DNA of 64,000 nt, from NCBI GenBank assembly GCA_963764165.1, contig CAVXRD010000001.1:1649649-1713648 (forward strand), in the 5' to 3' direction. Shown one piece after another: positions 1 to 9,028 of the stretch. The position numbers were made by a program, and so were the translations under genes. The first letter of the stretch is position 1. Each line of letters opens with the position of its first letter. This stretch comes from an uncultured Verrucomicrobiae bacterium (GTDB taxonomy: Bacteria > Verrucomicrobiota > Verrucomicrobiia > Limisphaerales > Palsa-1400). A model generated the notes under the pieces. The model saw only the letters and a program-made list of their open reading frames with translations, was not told where the DNA came from and made no database searches.

Positions 1-2035
1 CTTCGACCAACGCCGAAATTTTCTCCGCGCTTTGGGTTTGCGGCACCGCGCGGCAGCCCGCCGCCAGCAGCGAGCGCCCGGCAATATCGGGCGCATCGAC
101 ATCGAGCAATACAAATCGATGCCCCGGCGATAAGACAACTTCCCTCTGCACTTTCAATTCGGAGTCAAATAAATTGATGAATCGCCCTTTCAGCACGCGC
201 GGTTCACCGGCGATGGATTCATCAAGGCCCGCCGCGACAATGTAGGGGCCCCGCTTGAGGTAAAGGCAATTGGTCTCGCTCCAAGCGAAATGCGGAGCGA
301 TGGAGCTTGCCAGATCACTCGCGCCGCGGCGGACGGCGTCCACCACAGCTTCGTCACCGCGCTCTTTGCGCGAAAGCACCGCCGGATTGTGGTGCAGCCA
401 GATCAACTCGCCCTGCCCAACTTTCACCGGGCCTGTTTCATTTTGCGCGACACCCAATTGTTCGAAGAGATGCTGGCGCGGCGTCGCGTAATGCATGCCG
501 TTCGTGTTCCACCATTCGCGGACGCGATCGAACGGGTCGCCGTCGTCATCGCAGAAAACGAGCAAGCCGCCGCGCTTCACCCAATCGGCCAAGCCCGCGT
601 GAACTTCCGGCGTCAACGGTTTCATCCCATGATAGCTCATCAGCAGGCAATGAACGCCGTCGAGGTAGCCGGGAATTTGCGCGTCCTCGAGTTGGATGGG
701 TTGCACTGGCAATCCGCGTTTGAGGAACGGCAGCGCAAGCCCATACACACCGCCTAGGCGCGAATCGCTCGGCGAAGGATCGCCGCGCTCGAACATCAGC
801 GAATCTCCGATGATCACGCCTAGTCCGGTTGCGCCGCAATTCCATGAGACGTTCGTTTGCGCCATGTCGTCGAGGGCATTCCAGATCACTTGCAGCTCCG
901 TCGCGTAGGCGGGGGGCATTTTTTTGCGGTCCTCCCGCGGGCCGTTGCGTGGGTAGCGCGTATTGAAAATGCGTTCGGGCCACGGCGCGATTTCGTAGCG
1001 TGAGACTTCCGGCTGGAAGAGCGATGCCGTCAGCGTGCATTCCCAATTCTGCTGGTAATCGTTCCAATCATGGTTCCCATTGTCCTCGATGGGATCGTTC
1101 AGATACCAAACCGTGCGTCCTGTGGAACGGACAAGATTCTGCATCGCGCCATATTCGAGAAACGCCGTGTCAAAGGTGCGCTCGCGCTCCTGCCCATGGT
1201 AGAAATTCGGCGTGCGCGACGTGCCCGTCCAGACCTGCGCAATGTAACCGTCGCAGCCGTTGAGGCGCGCCAGGCTCGACTCCGGACTGACGATTCCCCA
1301 GTCAGCGTAATTGATCAAACTGTGGGTCGGAACGTAGCAGCGGACGTGCGCGCCCTTCTCTTTGTTGAACGCCAAAATGCTGTCAAACACTTGCTGCAGC
1401 GCGCGGCGATACAAATAGTATTTCAGATTGGAGGCGCGCCATTGCGCGTCCACCGACGAATGCGGCGCCTGCCACGGCTCGCCATAGTAGCTTTGCCACT
1501 CGCGTTTGAAGCCATCGGAATAACCGTTTTGCACCCAGAATTCTGGTTCCTCCAGATGCACGGCCTCGACGCCGGCGTCCAAAGCCTTGCGCACTCCGGC
1601 GCTTAGGTAATTGCCATAGTTTGTGCTCGGGCTCATATAGTATGCGCCGCCGCCATGGCCGTGCGCACGGCCGCTGCGATCCGTCTGCCGTTCGTCGTTG
1701 TGATCCTTCCCGTCGAATCCCCCAAAGAGGAAATTAGTGTAATTGCCCCACGCCACGCCGGTCATCAAATGAACCCGATAGCCGCGGTCGCGCCACGACT
1801 TCACACGCTCTTCAACGTTCGCGTCGAACCCATAGACGATGGCGACATCCGCGCGCAAATCGCAGTCGGGCTTCCATGCGACATGTGTTTGGAAACACGT
1901 CCGCTCCATGCTTTGTTGCGGGTCGGCAAAGGGCAGATTGGTTTGGGCGACCAGCGGACGAGTCAGCCCGCAAATGCCGAGCAGCGATGCGAAAACGGCA
2001 ATGGCCTTAACTCGCGAAAACCTCGTCTCATTCAT
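1..2035 (-). CDS. Secreted conserved hypothetical protein, possibly glycoside hydrolase-like; 3' end runs off the window
   Basis: Missing from the ORF track because there is no stop in the window. Manual translation from ATG 2035 gives MNETRFSRVKAIAVFASLLGICG (signal-like), HLMTGVAWGNY, AVHLEEPEFW, YIAQVWTGTSRTP. It stays open to position 2 and starts 10 nt after the cyt b stop. Confidence 0.75.
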   Translation of the reverse strand, partial: MNETRFSRVKAIAVFASLLGICGLTRPLVAQTNLPFADPQQSMERTCFQTHVAWKPDCDLRADVAIVYGFDANVEERVKSWRDRGYRVHLMTGVAWGNYTNFLFGGFDGKDHNDERQTDRSGRAHGHGGGAYYMSPSTNYGNYLSAGVRKALDAGVEAVHLEEPEFWVQNGYSDGFKREWQSYYGEPWQAPHSSVDAQWRASNLKYYLYRRALQQVFDSILAFNKEKGAHVRCYVPTHSLINYADWGIVSPESSLARLNGCDGYIAQVWTGTSRTPNFYHGQERERTFDTAFLEYGAMQNLVRSTGRTVWYLNDPIEDNGNHDWNDYQQNWECTLTASLFQPEVSRYEIAPWPERIFNTRYPRNGPREDRKKMPPAYATELQVIWNALDDMAQTNVSWNCGATGLGVIIGDSLMFERGDPSPSDSRLGGVYGLALPFLKRGLPVQPIQLEDAQIPGYLDGVHCLLMSYHGMKPLTPEVHAGLADWVKRGGLLVFCDDDGDPFDRVREWWNTNGMHYATPRQHLFEQLGVAQNETGPVKVGQGELIWLHHNPAVLSRKERGDEAVVDAVRRGASDLASSIAPHFAWSETNCLYLKRGPYIVAAGLDESIAGEPRVLKGRFINLFDSELKVQREVVLSPGHRFVLLDVDAPDIAGRSLLAAGCRAVPQTQSAEKISALVE

Positions 2036-2045
2036 GAGACTGATT

Positions 2046-3491
2046 TCAATGCGCCTGTGGCGCGGAGTCAACCTTGTTCATTTGCTTTGGAGGGGTGCGA
2101 CGCGATTGGAGAAACGCGACCAGATCATCCATGTCGCCGGGGGCTAGGTTGGCGGCGAACGCAGGCATGTTGTTGCCTCCATTGGAAATTCGGATAATCA
2201 TTTGGTCGCGCGTCAACCGATCTGCGACGTTGCTTAAGTCCGGCCCGCGACGCCCGCCGCTGCCGTCGATCCAATGGCAATTGAGGCAGCCTTTGTCATG
2301 AAATTTTTGCGCCCCAGCGAACACGGGGCCGCCCGTTGCCCCGACCACGGATTCCGGAAGCGGCTTCGCCTCGAAGTTCGGCGACCATGGAGATTTCGCG
2401 CCCTCCACCCAAAGGGTCGAAATCATTATGACCACCGCAACGACCATCGCCACCGCCCACGGCCGACGGCGAAAACTCCGCTCGCCCTTGTTTGCGATGA
2501 ACGGCATAACGATCAGTATGAACCCTGCAATCAGCGGCGCAAACACCATGAAGTAACGCTCCGAGCCATGCGGCAAAAGCGCCAGCACTCCGAAGTACCA
2601 CAGCAAATACCAATCCGGCCGCGGATCAGCCCCGACGATGCTCGGGTCCGGTGGCTTGCCAAGTTCGGGCGCGCCAACGATCATCGCCAGCAGCGCCATT
2701 CCCAAAATCATCCCCACGCAGAAAACGACATCGCGCCAGGCGGCATCCGGCCAGAATGGTTTGCCGGTTTTCTCCATCAATTCCTTATATTCCTTGCGAT
2801 AGGTTTTTGGATTGACGGGCTTGCCTGGAGTCGGCGGCTCAGAAATCCCGTGACGCAACACCAGCATCAGATGCAAACCGACAAAAGCAAAAATGCACGC
2901 GGGCATGATGAAGACATGCACAACGAAAAATCGTGTCAAGGTCGCCCCACCCACTGTATCGCCGCCGAGTGTGAAATGAGCCAGCCACGGGCCAATCACG
3001 GGAACGCGGCCGGTTTGTTCCGCCGCGACCACCACCGACCAGATCGCGGTTTGGTCCCAGCGCAAAAGCTGCCCGGTAAATCCCATCACCAGCGTAAACC
3101 CGAGCAGCAGCACGCCCGTCGCCCAGGTCAGCTCGCGCGGAAATTTGTAGGAGCCGAACAAAAACACCTGCGCCATGTGCAGCCCCACCATCAGCACCAT
3201 GGCCGAGGCGCCGTAGTAATGGAGGCTTCGCAGGAAATTTCCAAACGGCGCTTCGTTGGTGATGAATTGGAGCGTTTGATACGCGTCGCCCGCAGAGGGA
3301 ATATAAGCAAACGCCAACGCTACTCCGCTGACAACCTGAATGACGAAGGCGCAGAACGTCGCGCTGCCGAAGACATACCACCAGCGCGCATCGTGCGGCA
3401 CAAGGTGCTTGGCCTGCTCGCCGATCATCGCCCCGAGGCCTGTGCGATCCTCCAGCCAATCGCGGATTTTTATGAAAACGCGGCGAATCAT
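2046..3491 (-). CDS. qcrB: Cytochrome b (b6 plus subunit IV-like) fused to a C-terminal monoheme cytochrome c
   Basis: Heme b ligands in RSLHYYG..GLHM and VVHVF..GLHL, Qo motif PDWY, C-terminal CLNCH and NMPAF. Confidence 0.93.
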   Translation of the reverse strand: MIRRVFIKIRDWLEDRTGLGAMIGEQAKHLVPHDARWWYVFGSATFCAFVIQVVSGVALAFAYIPSAGDAYQTLQFITNEAPFGNFLRSLHYYGASAMVLMVGLHMAQVFLFGSYKFPRELTWATGVLLLGFTLVMGFTGQLLRWDQTAIWSVVVAAEQTGRVPVIGPWLAHFTLGGDTVGGATLTRFFVVHVFIMPACIFAFVGLHLMLVLRHGISEPPTPGKPVNPKTYRKEYKELMEKTGKPFWPDAAWRDVVFCVGMILGMALLAMIVGAPELGKPPDPSIVGADPRPDWYLLWYFGVLALLPHGSERYFMVFAPLIAGFILIVMPFIANKGERSFRRRPWAVAMVVAVVIMISTLWVEGAKSPWSPNFEAKPLPESVVGATGGPVFAGAQKFHDKGCLNCHWIDGSGGRRGPDLSNVADRLTRDQMIIRISNGGNNMPAFAANLAPGDMDDLVAFLQSRRTPPKQMNKVDSAPQAH

Positions 3492-4036
3492 GTGGTGGAA
3501 ATGGGGATAGGCGCGGTGAGAATTTGCACCTGCCCTTTATAAATCCGAACTTGGTAGCGCGGCAGCGGCGCTGGCGGAGGACCGGCTGCAACCGCGCCGT
3601 CCTCGTAATAAACGCCGCCATGGCACGGGCACATGAATAATTTCGCTCCTTCCAGCCAGCGCACCGGGCAGCCCAGATGCGTGCAGTTCAGCGAGAACGC
3701 GATGAACGAATCCTCCCCCACCTTCCGCACATAGGCCGCCGTCCTTGCCGTCACGCCAGCCCACGGCAATGGCGATGAATCTTCAAATGCGACCTGCTTC
3801 GTTTCTCCTAATTTGAACGATTTGGGATCTCCGACTGACCGCCATATCTGTTTGTCACGCTCGAAGAGCGGCGCGAAAATAAAACCCACCATCGGCAACG
3901 CCAATACCGCCGCGCCGAAACTGCCCAGCAAAATGCTGAAACGCTCGAGAAATTTTCGACGCGACACTTCGGCAGGCGAGGCCGCGCACGCGCAGGGCGC
4001 GGGATTTGGATTATTTTCCGTGTTTGGATCTTTCAT
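3488..4036 (-). CDS. qcrA: Rieske 2Fe-2S subunit of a quinol:cytochrome c reductase
   Basis: Tat-like SRRKFL plus TM helix, CTHLGC and CPCHGG boxes. Start taken at ATG 4036; ATGA overlap with the cyt b gene. Confidence 0.92.
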   Translation of the reverse strand: MKDPNTENNPNPAPCACAASPAEVSRRKFLERFSILLGSFGAAVLALPMVGFIFAPLFERDKQIWRSVGDPKSFKLGETKQVAFEDSSPLPWAGVTARTAAYVRKVGEDSFIAFSLNCTHLGCPVRWLEGAKLFMCPCHGGVYYEDGAVAAGPPPAPLPRYQVRIYKGQVQILTAPIPISTT

Positions 4037-4253
4037 GACGAATCTCCCGAATCCAACCAATCATCGACACCGCGAACAACAACAAACCAATGCCCGAAAT
4101 AATCAGCGAGCTCACCAAGCCCCAGACGATGAACATGATCGCCAGCGACAGCGCCGCGGGCCATATCGAAGGCTCTGGCAAGTCGTCCGGTTGCGGAGCC
4201 GTCCAGCCGGGCGGCAAATTCACTTGAGGCGGAGTCGAGTGTTCAGTGTCCAT
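4011..4253 (-). CDS. Small two-TM membrane protein, putative accessory subunit (oxidase subunit IV-like)
   Basis: 80 aa, LPEPSIWP followed by two hydrophobic helices ending GWIREI; overlaps both neighbours in the respiratory operon. Confidence 0.7.
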   Translation of the reverse strand: MDTEHSTPPQVNLPPGWTAPQPDDLPEPSIWPAALSLAIMFIVWGLVSSLIISGIGLLLFAVSMIGWIREIRHERSKHGK

Positions 4254-5166
4254 GCGCTTCTCCTCTGTTGGTTTGGTTTAATTGCGAATCTCGGCAGGGC
4301 GAGGCTCCTGCCGAGCCATCTTCGCGGGTGTGGCTCGGCAGGAGCCTCGCCCTGCCGCGCCTGTCATTTTGGCGCACCCTACTCTTACCCGCAATATCGG
4401 CACTCCCTTCCGCATACCAGCGGTTTAGCATGCCCAGGATCGCTGTAAAATAGACGATGCACGCGGGCACCCACATCAACAAGCCGCCCAATTGCTGGTC
4501 GCGCGAAGGCGTGAGGGCCCATTCGTGTTGAATCAGCGGCAGCACACCGAGGCGATCCTGCGGATGCAAATAAATTGAGCACACTTCGACCGGCGAAAAC
4601 GTAATGATAATCCCAAGCAACGTGCAGCCCAGGCAGGCGGTGACCAAATAGGCAATGCCCGTCATTGGCGAAAGGCGCTGTTCTTCCCACGGCCCGATGA
4701 TGGGCCACCAAAATGCGAGACCCATTCCCATGAGCGAAGCATACTGCACGCGATGAATCCACGGGGTGGCCACTGCGGCGTTGCACAAGGTCGGCGCATG
4801 CCAGAGCCACATGCCGCCCAAGCCAAGAATCCAGCAAACGATTGGCAGACGCGCGGTCCAATCGAGAAAGCGAAACTTTGCCGGACGCGCGCCGACCGGA
4901 ATGCTCAACAAGATGAGCGGCGGAATGATCAGCAGCAGAAGAAGATGCTGCAGCATGTGCGCGCTGAAGAGATAGCCGTCCGCCAGTGTGTCCACCGGCG
5001 AGGCCAGCGTCAGAAAGAACAGCGCCAGCCCGGCCGCCAGCCATCCAGTCCGGCTGTCAAAACGAAATTTTCGACGAACCCCGTAAGCCACGGCTCCTGC
5101 GGCACAAAAGCCAACCACCCACGCGTTCCATTCCCAAGCCGATTTAAAAAATTGCGCGGTTGTCAT
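4243..5166 (-). CDS. ctaG: caa3-type cytochrome c oxidase assembly factor (CtaG family)
   Basis: YLFSAHMLQHLLL, WLWHAP, DQQLGGLLMWVP. ATG 5166 overlaps the CoxI stop (ATGA). Confidence 0.88.
   Translation of the reverse strand: MTTAQFFKSAWEWNAWVVGFCAAGAVAYGVRRKFRFDSRTGWLAAGLALFFLTLASPVDTLADGYLFSAHMLQHLLLLLIIPPLILLSIPVGARPAKFRFLDWTARLPIVCWILGLGGMWLWHAPTLCNAAVATPWIHRVQYASLMGMGLAFWWPIIGPWEEQRLSPMTGIAYLVTACLGCTLLGIIITFSPVEVCSIYLHPQDRLGVLPLIQHEWALTPSRDQQLGGLLMWVPACIVYFTAILGMLNRWYAEGSADIAGKSRVRQNDRRGRARLLPSHTREDGSAGASPCRDSQLNQTNRGEAHGH
4292..4357. repeat. REP-like palindrome (27-bp perfect inverted repeat, 12-nt loop) inside the 3' end of ctaG
   Basis: cggcagggcgaggctcctgccgagcca ... tggctcggcaggagcctcgccctgccg; same family at 12318 and 29034. 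Confidence 0.85.
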
Positions 5167-7394
5167 AAAAGCGTCTTCAAATAAACCACCGAGAAAACCG
5201 CGATCCACACCACATCCACAAAATGCCAGTAAAGCCCGACGCTCTTCACGGCTTCAAATCGTCCAGTTCGGAAATCCCCCGCAAAACCAAGCCACGTCAC
5301 CACCGCCAGCATTGCCAGGCCAACGCAAACGTGAATGCCGTGGAAGCCTGTCAAAGTGAAAAATGTGGTGGCAAACAAGTTTGAGTTGATGACGACTCCG
5401 TCGTGGAACAGCCGCGCGTACTCGAACCCCTGGCCAATGATGAAAATCACTCCCAGCAAAATTGTCACGAGCATCATCTTCACAAAACCTTTTTGGTTGC
5501 CTGCGAAAAGTTTTCGTTCCGCCAGCCAAAACGTGACGCTGCTCGCAAGAAGACAAATTGTGAAAATTCCAGACTTGGCGATTTCCAGGGATTTCGCGGC
5601 GCTCGGTCCGGTCATTTCATGGCCGTTGTAATAGAGATACGCCAGAATCAACATCACGAAAAATGAGGCCTCGGAAATTAGAAAAGTCCCCATGCCGATT
5701 TCGTTTTTCTCCCACACTCTCGCTTTTTTCGCACTCGGCGCGCCATCTTCGGGATCGCGCCGAGCCGGGTTCGCCAAATCCCACAAGGGACGGCGGCTGC
5801 GCACTGGCGGCACGCGGTCGAAATTATGCTCCGGCGGCGGCGAAGTGGTGGCCCATTCCAACGTCCACGCCCGCCATGGATTGTCCCCCGCGGGTTCGCC
5901 GTGGCGCAGGCTCACCGCAATGTTCCAAATCAAAATGAGCACGCTGAAGCCGAGGACAAACGCGCCGACGCTGGAAACGACGTTCAAAATCCCCCATCCT
6001 GGCAAATCTGGATAGGTGTAAATGCGCCGCGTCATTCCCATCAAGCCGAGAATGTGCTGCACGAAAAACGCGCCATTGAAACCGATGAGCGCCGTCCAAA
6101 AATTCAGCTTTCCGATTTTTTCGGAAAGCATTCTCCCGGTCATTTTCGGAAACCAATAATATATGCCGCCGAGAATGGCGAAGAACGTTCCGCCAAAAAG
6201 CACGTAATGAAAATGCGCGACCAAATAGTAAGTGTCTGTGACCTGCCAATCAATGGGCACGACGGCAAACGTGATTCCGCTCAAGCCGCCAACGGTAAAT
6301 TGAATGAGAAAGGCCACCGCAAACATCATTGACGTTGTCAAACGAATCGCGCCGCCCCACATGGTCGCGCTCCAGGCAAAGATTTTAATCCCGGTCGGCA
6401 CTGCAATCAGCATGCTGCTCGCCGCGAAAAACAAATCCATCGGATGCCCCATGCCGACCGCGAACATGTGATGGGCCCAAACGCCAAAACTCAGCAACGC
6501 GATGGCCACCGTCGAACCAGCCACAAACTCGTAGCCAAAAATTGGCCGGCGCGAAAAGACCGGGACGATTTCCGAAATGATTCCGAAAGCCGGCAGCGCA
6601 AGGATGTAAACTTCGGGATGGCCAAAGGCCCAAAAGAAATGCTGCCATAATATCACTGACCCGCCGTGCGCCGCCGTGAAGAAATGCGCTCCGAGCTGGC
6701 GGTCGATCAGCAGCATGATGATGTCCGCGTTCAAGGCGGGCATGGCCAGGATGATCAGGAACGAATTGATCAAAATCATCCACACGAACAACGGCAGGCG
6801 CTTGATTGTCAAACCCGGCGGACGCAGCGTGAAAATGGTGGCGACCAGATTTACGGAGGCGGCGACCGACCCGATTCCCAACACCAGCAGCGCAAGCACC
6901 CAAAAATCCACTCCCTGCGTCGACGCAAACGGCGTCTCGCTCAGCGGCGCGTAGCTGAACCATCCCACCGCGGGCGCGCCGCCGACCAGCAGGCTGAAGT
7001 GCAGCAGAAATCCGCCGCACGGCAGCAGCCAATAACCGAGCGCGTTGAGCCGCGGAAACGCCATGTCGCGCGCGCCGATCATCAGCGGCACCAAATAATT
7101 GGCCAGCCCGATGAGCGCCGGCATGACGACCAGAAAAATCATGGTCGTGCCGTGCATCGTGAAGAGCTGATTGAAGGCGTCTGGAGAGAGAAAATGATTA
7201 TTAGGGCGGATCAATTGAATCCGAAGCAGCAACGCTTCCGCGCCGCCGACAAGCAGGAAAAACATCGCCGTCAACAAATACAATATCCCCACGCGCTTGT
7301 GATCGACCGTCGCCACCCATCCGAACAAGCCGTGGTGGAGGCTGGCTTTCTCCGCGGCTTCGGCGTTTTCCTGCGCTGGGGCCATCGCGCTCAT
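5163..7394 (-). CDS. ctaD: A1-type heme-copper oxidase subunit I fused to subunit III
   Basis: TMHGTTM, GHPEVY, WAHHMF, VAHFHYV, followed by a subunit III region (TGFHGIHV, YWHFVDVVW). Start at ATG 7394 overlapping the CoxII stop. Confidence 0.95.
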   Translation of the reverse strand: MSAMAPAQENAEAAEKASLHHGLFGWVATVDHKRVGILYLLTAMFFLLVGGAEALLLRIQLIRPNNHFLSPDAFNQLFTMHGTTMIFLVVMPALIGLANYLVPLMIGARDMAFPRLNALGYWLLPCGGFLLHFSLLVGGAPAVGWFSYAPLSETPFASTQGVDFWVLALLVLGIGSVAASVNLVATIFTLRPPGLTIKRLPLFVWMILINSFLIILAMPALNADIIMLLIDRQLGAHFFTAAHGGSVILWQHFFWAFGHPEVYILALPAFGIISEIVPVFSRRPIFGYEFVAGSTVAIALLSFGVWAHHMFAVGMGHPMDLFFAASSMLIAVPTGIKIFAWSATMWGGAIRLTTSMMFAVAFLIQFTVGGLSGITFAVVPIDWQVTDTYYLVAHFHYVLFGGTFFAILGGIYYWFPKMTGRMLSEKIGKLNFWTALIGFNGAFFVQHILGLMGMTRRIYTYPDLPGWGILNVVSSVGAFVLGFSVLILIWNIAVSLRHGEPAGDNPWRAWTLEWATTSPPPEHNFDRVPPVRSRRPLWDLANPARRDPEDGAPSAKKARVWEKNEIGMGTFLISEASFFVMLILAYLYYNGHEMTGPSAAKSLEIAKSGIFTICLLASSVTFWLAERKLFAGNQKGFVKMMLVTILLGVIFIIGQGFEYARLFHDGVVINSNLFATTFFTLTGFHGIHVCVGLAMLAVVTWLGFAGDFRTGRFEAVKSVGLYWHFVDVVWIAVFSVVYLKTLL

Positions 7395-8326
7395 TTGAGA
7401 GTGGCGAGGTATTGCGCCAGCGCGTTGGCATCGGCGTCCGTCAGATTCAAATTCGGCATGAGGCACGCAGGCTTGATGGATTGCGGATCCTTCAGCCAGC
7501 GATACAGATTTGTTTCCGTGATTGGCAAAATTCCAGCACCCAAATTTTTCCGCCCCGCAACGTGCGTCAAATCAGGCGCTGCCGTTGATATCCCTGAGAC
7601 ACCGCGAATCGTGTGGCAATTGATGCATGTTTTGTCCTGGAACGTTTTCAAACCTTGTTCCAAAACTCCCGACGACGACGCCTGCGCCGGGGCCGATTGC
7701 GCGCGCAGCCATTCGTTGAATTTATCGGGAGGATCGGCCACGACGAGAAAGCGCATCCACGAATGCTGCGCGCCGCAATACTCGGCACAGGTGCCGTCGT
7801 AAGTCCCCGGCGACTGCGCGGAAAGCCAGAGATAATTGGTGAGGCCGGGAACGACGTCGATTTTTCCGCCCAGTCGCGCCACCCAAAAATCGTGAATTAC
7901 GTCGGCCGATTCCAATTGCACCAGCCAGTTGCTTCCAACGGGAATGTGGATTTCATTGGCCACGACTGCCGAAGAATCTGGATAGCGCGCCTCCCACCAC
8001 CACTGATGGCTCACGACAATCAGATCCGGTTTGTCTTTTGCGGGCGGATCGGACAAACGCATTCCCCGGGCTGTCAAGACGAACAAACCGGCGACGATCA
8101 GGGTCGGGACAGCCGTCCAGGCGATTTCCAAATTGCGATTGCCAAAATACGAGGGAGGATCCTCCGCGCCTTCACGATGGCGAAAGCGAATCAAACAAAC
8201 AGCGATCAACCCCGCCACAATCGCCAGAATCACCGCGCAAACCGCCAAGGTCCCAATAAAAACATCCGATATCGCCGCCGCCTGCGCCGACGCAGGGTCG
8301 AACATCGGACTGATGGCCTTCAGCAT
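7391..8326 (-). CDS. ctaC: Cytochrome c oxidase subunit II with fused cytochrome c (caa3 type)
   Basis: HQWWW, DVIHDFW, CuA motif CAEYCGAQHSWM, C-terminal CINCH...MP. Confidence 0.95.
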   Translation of the reverse strand: MLKAISPMFDPASAQAAAISDVFIGTLAVCAVILAIVAGLIAVCLIRFRHREGAEDPPSYFGNRNLEIAWTAVPTLIVAGLFVLTARGMRLSDPPAKDKPDLIVVSHQWWWEARYPDSSAVVANEIHIPVGSNWLVQLESADVIHDFWVARLGGKIDVVPGLTNYLWLSAQSPGTYDGTCAEYCGAQHSWMRFLVVADPPDKFNEWLRAQSAPAQASSSGVLEQGLKTFQDKTCINCHTIRGVSGISTAAPDLTHVAGRKNLGAGILPITETNLYRWLKDPQSIKPACLMPNLNLTDADANALAQYLATLK

Positions 8327-8338
8327 TTTGGCTATGGG

Positions 8339-9025
8339 TTAAACGATGACGCGCTTTGGTTGTTTGGTGTGAGTCCACAGGCGGAGGCCGCCGCGAAACG
8401 CATTCGCGTTATCGCCGAGGCGGGCGCCAGGGGGGAGTTTCTTCAAAAGCCGCGCGTTGCCTCCGCCCAGAACAACGTAATCCGCTTCGAGGGCGGCTTT
8501 GAGTTTCTTGGTGACATCCGCGACGTAGTGGCGCCATTTCTTTTTTCCGTAGTGCTCCAATCCCGCCAGCCCAAGGTAATCCTCGTATGTCTTGCCTTTG
8601 CGATATGTCATGTGCGCCAACTCCATCGCTTCAAGAACGCCATCCACGATCATGGCTGAACCGAGCCCGGTGCCAAGCCCTAAAAAAAGCATCCGCCTCC
8701 CCTGGTAACTGCCGACCGCCTGCATTGCGGCATCATTGATAATCTTGACCGGACACTTGAACGCCCTTTGAAAACGGAACCCAATCCAACCCGCCCCCAA
8801 ATTGTGAGGCTCTGCGGCAATGTGGTTGTGAAAGACCGTCCCGGGATAGCCAATGGTGATGACATCGTATTTCCAACCGCGCGTCAGCTTTTTGACAGCA
8901 GCCACCATTTTTTTTGCTGTCATCTTCTTGCCCGAGGGAATTTCCACTCGCTCGGGATGCTCGGTCGAACGCACTTTGATGTGCGTGCCGCCGACGTCTA
9001 TGACCATGATTTTCATCGCGCCCAT
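8339..9025 (-). CDS. ppgK: ROK-family kinase, polyphosphate glucokinase-like
   Basis: IDVGGTHIK, INDAAMQA, LGLGTGLGSA, ELAH, VLGGGN. Confidence 0.8.
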   Translation of the reverse strand: MGAMKIMVIDVGGTHIKVRSTEHPERVEIPSGKKMTAKKMVAAVKKLTRGWKYDVITIGYPGTVFHNHIAAEPHNLGAGWIGFRFQRAFKCPVKIINDAAMQAVGSYQGRRMLFLGLGTGLGSAMIVDGVLEAMELAHMTYRKGKTYEDYLGLAGLEHYGKKKWRHYVADVTKKLKAALEADYVVLGGGNARLLKKLPPGARLGDNANAFRGGLRLWTHTKQPKRVIV

Positions 9026-9028
9026 ATC

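Noticed and set aside
270..2197. Several plus-strand ORFs in the track
   Set aside because: They are antisense shadows of the long minus-strand gene at 1-2035 and carry no recognisable motifs.
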